64,000 bases of DNA, taken from IMG/VR virus record IMGVR_UViG_3300028800_000060, positions 111,699 through 175,698 of that record. The stretch is one strand, 5' to 3'. The position numbers and the translations under genes were made by a program. Below, piece after piece: positions 41,099 through 47,734 of this stretch. Every line of letters starts with the position of its first letter. Within the stretch, counting starts at the first letter, position 1. Under the pieces are notes generated by a model. It ran no database searches and was not told the origin of the DNA. It saw only the letters and a list, made by a program, of their open reading frames with translations. The stretch comes from a virus.

Positions 41099-41107
41099 GA
41101 AATCACT

Positions 41108-41461
41108 ATGAAAACTATGCAAGTTATCGTATCAGACGCAGTAGACGAAAAGACGTTCAGCGTCGATTTCGACGAAACGATCATTGACAACAGAGCATGC
41201 TATAGCATGCTCGACAAAGTGACGTACGCGTACACTGTTGAATATGCGAACGCTCGTAACGCTTGTTACGAATTCGCAGCTATGCATTTCAAGCAAGTGC
41301 TCTCGAACTGCATTGAATTCGAGAGTGAAGACGAGCTTTACATGAGCGACATTCGCGCGCTGTTCAGCATAGCGAACACGCTAACGTCTGAGTTCTTCGT
41401 TGATATCGTTACGCGCGTACTCTTCTCTGATAGCTGTAGCTGTGATATATCTGTCAAGTAG
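41108..41461 (+). CDS. Acidic hypothetical protein with no Gly/Pro/Trp
   Basis: 117-aa ORF directly behind promoter. Confidence 0.65.
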   Translation: MKTMQVIVSDAVDEKTFSVDFDETIIDNRACYSMLDKVTYAYTVEYANARNACYEFAAMHFKQVLSNCIEFESEDELYMSDIRALFSIANTLTSEFFVDIVTRVLFSDSCSCDISVK

Positions 41462-41522
41462 TCATAGCGTTCAATACAGAGCACTGTTTATTCTACGTAT
41501 ACAGTGCTCTCAGTTAAACGCT

Positions 41523-41789
41523 ATGACTACTGACAGAATGAGCAAAGAACAGTATAAGCACGTTATGCGTACGCGTTTCGAGCGTCTAAGCTTTCAGCGA
41601 TGTGCGAACTGCGACGAAATGACGCTGTATCGCGATGTGCAAACTGAACGCGTAGCGTGCATTGAATGCTCGTACGTCGAATACGAAGCACACGTGCACG
41701 TGACGCATGCGCACACGTCGATTTCAGAGTGCAACTACGATGCTAAGACTATCGCAGCACGTATCATCGCACGTGCACGTGCACACTAG
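41523..41789 (+). CDS. Zn-ribbon-like protein with no Gly/Pro/Trp (start 41523 or 41538)
   Basis: CANC-x15-CIEC. Confidence 0.6.
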   Translation: MTTDRMSKEQYKHVMRTRFERLSFQRCANCDEMTLYRDVQTERVACIECSYVEYEAHVHVTHAHTSISECNYDAKTIAARIIARARAH

Positions 41790-41803
41790 TGCAGAATTCA
41801 ACG

Positions 41804-41997
41804 TGTGATTGGAGTTCACACTGTGCTTTGGAGGCACATGTGATTGGAGTTCACACGTCAAGTGTTACTTTACGTGTGCGGTGGTTGTACACTGTGCTTT
41901 GGAGGCACATGTGATTGGAGTTCACACGTCAAGTGTTACTTTACGTGTGCGGTGGTTGTACACTGTGCTTTGGAGGCACATGTGATTGGAGTTCACA
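41804..41997. repeat. 71-bp tandem repeat (~2.5 units) built of TGTG-N9-CACA palindromes
   Basis: CACTGTGCTTTGGAGGCACATGTGATTGGAGTTCACA at 41819, 41890, 41961; TGTGATTGGAGTTCACA also at 41804. Confidence 0.9.
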
Positions 41998-42364
41998 GTG
42001 TACGGCAGTTATTGGGGGTTCCCTGGGTATATGCTTTCGCATGATAGGCAAAACGCAAAGGCCGCAAAGGCCCCAAAGGTCCCAAAAACATGGGAAATCC
42101 AAACCAAGCTACAATCGTGAAACTTCAATGACAGTAGTGTCTATATCAGGATTCTCTATTCCAAAAAATTTTCTGGCAACTTAGATTTAGGAATTTTTCC
42201 TTGAGGATTATCACATTTATGTAAAATAAATTTTTTTGGTGGTATTTCACCATTGCAGAGATGAATTAAAATATTAGGATTTCTAGAAAGACGATCATTG
42301 TACCACAAACAGCCGCCAACAAGTGGTCGTTTTATTTACTTTAGTCCAGGTGCCATAACGTACT

Positions 42365-43634
42365 CTATTCCAAAAATTTTTTCTGAACATAATTGAGATT
42401 CCTGAAATCCACAAAATTTTCCCCAATTCCTAAAGAAAAATTAATAGCATCTAGTTCCTTTGCAAAGGCATACTCCCATGTGGATTGATCAAAATATTCT
42501 GCTCCTAATTCCAGTGCATATGCATAATCTGAAGCCAACCAGTTTTTAATTTTAACTCGATACATGTAATCGGCCCAGAAGTATTTCACGGAGTTCAGAT
42601 GCATAGGGACTCCTATTCAATAATAGCTTAAGATAGAATAGGTAAATATCGTTAATAAATTTTTTGTGTGCCATAACGCTAAAAAAATTTTCGGAACCAG
42701 GATTCTTTCTGTTTTGTAGCAAGAGTATGTAAAAAACCCCCAAGTTTGACTAGACAGCCGCAACAAATATCTTTATCATATAGGGAAGCAATCCTAACTT
42801 TGGATATCTGATATTTTCCTAAATCGGTCTGGCCGCAATAATCGCAGCGATATACGGTTTTACTTGTGTGTGCCATAATGTACTCTATTCCAAAAATTTT
42901 TTCTGGGCCTATAAACCTGCCCACCACAACTCTCACATTTGTACCATTCCGAACCCGATATCCGAGGATAAATAGATTTCTTAGAATGACCGAACCAATA
43001 ACATTTAAAGGAACTCCAGTAATTCTGAGAAGAACTCTTTTTGAAGTCCCAGGCAGGATTTAAAGCACTTAATAGGGAAATCAATACAAAAAGGGAAATG
43101 CCAAAAATAATGCGAACGTTGTTACTCATAATACCTTCCTTTTAGCCAAAAAGATACCTTTAAGGGATCTTAATTTACCAAGAATCAGACAAACATCAAA
43201 CCATTCGGCACTACCGAAATCCTTTTGATGATTCTTCATTAAATCTAGTACCGAACATTCAATAAATCTTAGTTCTTCGGTAATAAATCTTAGTTCTTCG
43301 GCAATCATAGGAATTTCTGGGCCTTTGATAAGATATCGTACCATTTAGAGATGTGATCGTTGGCATCCCCGACAAATTCACCATGTTCATCGTGAACATA
43401 AAGCCTCAAATCTACAACAGATAAGGCACGCCGGAAGGCCTCTAATAATTCTTTTAGATCTAATGATGATCCAGTTTCATTTGCAGGACTCATGGATTCC
43501 AAATGTTTGAAAACTGGGCCATATTCTTCTACGGCGCGCATATATTGTTCCCATGTCTCTAGTAGTCTAGCACAACACTTATTTTCTGGTAATTCACCTA
43601 TGAAAGAACAATTCGGACATTTTAATATTGGCAT
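42365..43634 (-). CDS. Run of small hypothetical genes (42365-42604, 42679-42876 Zn-finger-like, 42860-43129, 43126-43308, 43305-43634)
   Basis: Overlapping co-oriented minus-strand ORFs. Confidence 0.55.
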
Positions 43635-43644
43635 ATTGATTTTC

Positions 43645-44571
43645 TTATACTAAGTTCTTCGCATTCTCAGGAGTTAATTCATTTTTAATAGCATTATGCA
43701 TCTTTTCAAATTGTTCCCAGAAGTCTTTAGGTTTGATACAATATCCCCAAAGTTGGCCTTTTCCATCAGGAAAAGTTATTTCATACACACCAGCAAATGC
43801 ACCACCCATATGGGCAACCTCAACTTCATCTTTTCCTTCTCCTTCAGTGATTTTAACCATTGAGTCGGCAAGCTTGAATCGCATTTGCCCTTTGGCAACA
43901 CCGGGATACCAATCGCAGTAAACAGGTACGGTGATATATGCAACCGGTTCTTTAGGTGCTTCAAGATTCCAGTCTCGTTCTGGTTGTTCTTCGGTATCAG
44001 GATTACCTAAGGTATCATCCTCGGCAAGGTTTTTGATTACTTCAATCTCTTGTGGTTGTTCTTCGGTAATGGAAGATTTAAAGCCTTGGTCATCGAGGTC
44101 GCAGTCCCTAATTTCTAAATGCGCATCGAATACCTTATCAAGGTCGGGTTGGGGCAAATTGAATTTTCGTCTGAACCATTCAGGGATAGGATCTTCACGT
44201 TTGGCATCGTCTACTTCGACGTTATGAAGGTCAAGGCCCAATTCGTCCAGTTCGTAACGGATATAATGCTCATATGTGAAGCCCGAAACGACCATGAGAA
44301 GTGAATCGGGGTTATCTTTGGCCCATGCAACGGCGGAATGTGCGTTTGATTCCATTAAGTTGGTACCGGGCATCATACCACCAAAATCATAAATGAAAAG
44401 GTCGGTGCCCGGGTCTACAACATTAACAGACCAAACATGTTGGAATCTGATTTCGGCGGGTGCCAGGAGTTCAGTATAGACTCTTTTATGATCTTCGACT
44501 TCCATTTCGGCTGTCACATCACCAAAATCATGTCCGCATGGGTCTACGAGAATTGCTATTTTAATCTTCAT
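43645..44571 (-). CDS. Acidic hypothetical protein with receiver-like N-terminal domain
   Basis: KIAILVD...DLFIYDFGGMMPG...LLMVVSG resembles CheY-like beta1/beta3/beta4 pattern. Confidence 0.5.
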   Translation of the reverse strand: MKIKIAILVDPCGHDFGDVTAEMEVEDHKRVYTELLAPAEIRFQHVWSVNVVDPGTDLFIYDFGGMMPGTNLMESNAHSAVAWAKDNPDSLLMVVSGFTYEHYIRYELDELGLDLHNVEVDDAKREDPIPEWFRRKFNLPQPDLDKVFDAHLEIRDCDLDDQGFKSSITEEQPQEIEVIKNLAEDDTLGNPDTEEQPERDWNLEAPKEPVAYITVPVYCDWYPGVAKGQMRFKLADSMVKITEGEGKDEVEVAHMGGAFAGVYEITFPDGKGQLWGYCIKPKDFWEQFEKMHNAIKNELTPENAKNLV

Positions 44572-44579
44572 AATATCTC

Positions 44580-45125
44580 TTAAGTGTAAACTACATATCT
44601 CTTCCGGAATATGCGTAGATAATCCCCGTACTCCTTTATTTGATTCGGAGTATATCCTTCTTTTTGTCCAATGATCCTATAATTATCCAACCACCATTGG
44701 ATGGTATGTGAATGGCATCCAATTTTCAATAGAGACTTGGTTGTCATATTGAGGAAATGTCGAGTGCCTTGGATCTGAAGGGGTGAAGTTTCCCATGAAT
44801 CTCCGGATACCCAGGTATTTCCGGATACCTGGGCATTTCCAAACACCCGGGCATCTCCGGATACCAGGGAATTCTCATATACCCAGACATTTCCGGATAC
44901 CCGAGAATTTCCAGATACAAAGGCATTTCCAAACACCCGGGCATCTCCGGATACCCAGACATTTCCGGATACCCGAGAATTTCCATATACCAAAGCATTG
45001 GGCCCCACGTACACCGATGATGCCACCTGTGCTGTATTCTGGATCCAACCGGATCCGTTGGTGTGTTGATGCCATGTGTCCATTGTAGCATCAGGGAATT
45101 TTTGTTGCAATTGTTGTAGTGTCAT
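44580..45125 (-). CDS. LbH hexapeptide-repeat protein, paralog 7 (C-terminal domain as paralog 4)
   Basis: Conserved N-terminus, hexads, SWETSPLQIQGTRHFLNM tail. Confidence 0.85.
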   Translation of the reverse strand: MTLQQLQQKFPDATMDTWHQHTNGSGWIQNTAQVASSVYVGPNALVYGNSRVSGNVWVSGDARVFGNAFVSGNSRVSGNVWVYENSLVSGDARVFGNAQVSGNTWVSGDSWETSPLQIQGTRHFLNMTTKSLLKIGCHSHTIQWWLDNYRIIGQKEGYTPNQIKEYGDYLRIFRKRYVVYT

Positions 45126-45158
45126 ATACTATATCCTTAATCTACGTTCCGATCGCAC

Positions 45159-45503
45159 TCATCGAAAAACATGGGCATTTCCAGATACCCGGGCGTTTCC
45201 AAATATTTGGGCATTTCCATATACCCGGGCGTTTCCAGATACTGAGGCATTTCCATATACCATGGCAGATCCAAACACACGAGCATTCTCATATACCCAG
45301 GCATATCCGTACACACGGGCATTTCCAGATACCCAGGCATTGTCGGATAAACAGGTATATCCATATACCAAAGCATTGGGCCCCACGTACACCGATGGTT
45401 CCACATATGCCGTATTCTCTATCCAACCGGATCCCCGGGCATGCTGATGCCATGTGTCCTCAGTGGCATCAGGGAATCTTTGTTGCAATTGTTCTAGATA
45501 CAT
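45159..45503 (-). CDS. LbH hexapeptide-repeat protein, paralog 8
   Basis: Conserved N-terminus; minus-strand TTGACT...TAACAT promoter-like sequence at about 45552-45523. Confidence 0.85.
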   Translation of the reverse strand: MYLEQLQQRFPDATEDTWHQHARGSGWIENTAYVEPSVYVGPNALVYGYTCLSDNAWVSGNARVYGYAWVYENARVFGSAMVYGNASVSGNARVYGNAQIFGNARVSGNAHVFR

Positions 45504-45577
45504 TTATTTTCTTTCTAAACTCATGTTATCAAAAAATAAAATGCAAGTCAAGATCCCCAACACATAAATAATAACAT

Positions 45578-45736
45578 ATGGCTGAACAATTATGGCTATC
45601 ATTTGATGTGTCAAAAAGTGAGACACAACAAATTCTTCCTGATGATGCAAAAATTCCTAAGGAGGTGATCCATTCTCTGGATAATATCCAGCATACATGT
45701 TCGCGTTATATCACTTACAAGGAGAAAAGAAATTAA
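45578..45736 (+). CDS. 52-aa hypothetical protein under late promoter (not in ORF track)
   Basis: CATAAATA at 45563; MAEQLWLSFDVSK...KEKRN*; stop overlaps next ATG. Confidence 0.45.
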   Translation: MAEQLWLSFDVSKSETQQILPDDAKIPKEVIHSLDNIQHTCSRYITYKEKRN

Positions 45737-45942
45737 TGAAGCGTTTATTTTTAATTTGTAGTTTACTAGTGACTAGTATAGCAGTGGCTCATGGACCAAC
45801 GATGCCACCCGACCCCCAAACTCCACTTTGCGCCACTCTATGTTTTCCATGGATTCTGTGCCAGGTGCCTTGTGATCCTCCAACTCCTACATCACCTCCA
45901 CCTTCTACTCCAAAAGGATGCCAGGATTGTGAAGCTCAATAA
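45736..45942 (+). CDS. Exported Pro/Cys-rich peptide
   Basis: AAGGAG RBS; signal peptide MKRLFLICSLLVTSIAVA then HGPTMPPDP and 6 Cys. Confidence 0.6.
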   Translation: MKRLFLICSLLVTSIAVAHGPTMPPDPQTPLCATLCFPWILCQVPCDPPTPTSPPPSTPKGCQDCEAQ

Positions 45943-46009
45943 ACACTAAATAGTAATGAAGTCCTCAGTAATATGAGGCTTTAACAACAATTTAGAAAGG
46001 ATCTAAAAT

Positions 46010-46324
46010 ATGTTTCAGTTTCATATTAAAGCGTACGGCCTTAAAGGCGATGGTAGTGGAGTAACAGGAAATTATCCATATCAATTAATTTTGAGAGTGG
46101 TTGGTGTTTCCGAAGCATCTCCAAAAAATGTATGGTTAAATGATTACGATACAGTTGCGCATGCTAAGACTGATGCGGCTACTGTATTTACCAGTGCAGG
46201 TGCTGCTGGCGTAACATGGACCGATAGTGGTAGCCCAGTCGTGGAAAGTTTAAGCAGTATTTTCACTCCCACATGGGGAACTGGTAGCATCACATTAGGA
46301 ACAAACGTGTACGTACCTGACTAA
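46010..46324 (+). CDS. Stand-alone late gene, probable small virion protein
   Basis: CTAAATA at 45946, AAGGA RBS, Gly/Ser/Thr-rich; terminator at 46349-46380. Confidence 0.6.
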   Translation: MFQFHIKAYGLKGDGSGVTGNYPYQLILRVVGVSEASPKNVWLNDYDTVAHAKTDAATVFTSAGAAGVTWTDSGSPVVESLSSIFTPTWGTGSITLGTNVYVPD

Positions 46325-46348
46325 ACTCTAGTTTAGAGAAAAAACTAC

Positions 46349-46380
46349 AAGGGCTACTGGAGAAATCTGGTAGCCCTTTT
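46349..46380 (+). terminator. Rho-independent terminator
   Basis: AAGGGCTACTGGA-GAAA-TCTGGTAGCCCTTTT. Confidence 0.75.
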
Positions 46381-46537
46381 GTATTTGGATGTGTGTATGG
46401 GAAACAATGTCAAACATTTTTATTTGCCATTATGGATTCATTGGGGTATTTCATTCTTGCCAAAGAATTCGATTGAAAAAATTCGTCAATTACGACCTGA
46501 TTTATTTGAACCAAACTCACCTTATAGAATAATTAAA

Positions 46538-47585
46538 TTATTTGATGGAAGATTGTGGATCACCTGGCTCAAGTAAAGATTCACAATAAACCCAAATAGC
46601 TGCGAAATTTTTAGATCCAGAACTGCCATTATTAAATATTTGATATTCGTATTCGGTAGCTTCAATATCGTTTGTGGTGAAACGCTTACCTTGAAGGGGA
46701 CCATTTATACAAAGATATTTTTTGTTTTTGGTAATATACGTACTAATTTGTAGTCCCGTACCTTTACATTTCACGCAAGGACCAAAATCGGTTTGAGCAA
46801 AGAAAAGTTTTTGAATTGCAACTGAATTTAAATCGGGATATTTCTTGGCGAATATGTCATACTTCTCTGAACACATACAGTTATTGTGATCCTGTAAAAC
46901 GTGACTACCATACTTGATGAGTGGGTTATACTCTTCAAAACACCAACATTCATGTTCTTTTTTAATTGTTGTGGTTTTGAGAAAAGGAGTTTCTTTTACT
47001 GTGGTTGAAATTATTTTGGAAGTCATATCATTTTGCCCGAAAACGACAAAAATAATCTTTCCGCATCTTCATCAAGGCCAATACTCTTATATTTCTGGCA
47101 GGCCAAATCAATTAATTCGGCCTGAATTTCTGGAAATAAAGAAACAGAAGGAGATGTTCCAATTTCTTCCAATTGTTTGGCTTGGGTGAGAATTTCTATA
47201 TAATTTTTCTGGTCTTCATATTTTAGATAAACAGAAGATTTACCTAATGTATACCACATGAATGACGATGAGAGAAATGCACCCAAAAAAGCCCAAACTG
47301 GGCCATGCAAACAAAATGAAAAAGCGACGGCAATTATTGCGAGAATAATAAAAGACAAAACCGTTGGTTTAAATTTTACCATATTCATTCCAGTTCCAAT
47401 TTTTTCTCAATTTCATATAAAAGAAGGTCATGATACCGTTCTAGAGAAACATCATGCTGAAATAACAGAGAATCTAATTTTTCATTAAAAGAATTAATCT
47501 GTTCCTCAGTGAGTTCATCCGGATCATACGTAGCATATAATGCGGCAACCTGTTCAAGTAAAAGTTTTTCTGCAAACGTTGTCAT
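46538..47585 (-). CDS. Three hypothetical genes (46538-47026 Cys-rich, 47023-47388 membrane, 47385-47585)
   Basis: 4-bp overlaps between ORFs; TTGACA on minus strand at about 47712. Confidence 0.55.
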
Positions 47586-47734
47586 AATTTTATTCTCGTT
47601 CTTTGGTAGTTTTATGGTATTTTTCTTTCGAAGAAGTTTTGCTTTTCTGTGTCGTTGTTGGCGTGACATTTTAGTACTACTACAGTTTGACACATTTTAA
47701 AGAAAATGTCAAGTACTAAATATGGATAGAAAGT

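Larger units (their letters stand above)
40427..41810. other. GG/CC-dinucleotide-depleted island
   Basis: Only 5 GG/CC in 1384 bp (40677, 40744, 40919, 40996, 41083); none in 41085-41810. Confidence 0.9.
34477..44854. repeat. 227-bp inverted repeat (34477-34703 vs 44628-44854)
   Basis: Manual alignment shows 2 mismatches; 3' halves of LbH paralogs 4 and 7. Confidence 0.9.

Noticed and set aside
41804-41997. CRISPR array (37-bp repeat with 34-bp spacers)
   Set aside because: The two spacers are identical, so it is a 71-bp tandem repeat; no cas genes in the window
41844-42184. ORFs 41844-42044 and 41915-42184
   Set aside because: Translations of the tandem repeat with TTG starts; likely non-coding
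14104-45503. Diversity-generating retroelement behind the LbH variation
   Set aside because: No reverse transcriptase in the window, and differences between copies are not confined to adenines
14141-45571. Many alternative-frame and antisense ORFs over the LbH genes (MPGYPEMPG..., IPGHFQ...)
   Set aside because: By-products of 18-bp repeats lacking stops in other frames; no promoters or RBS seen
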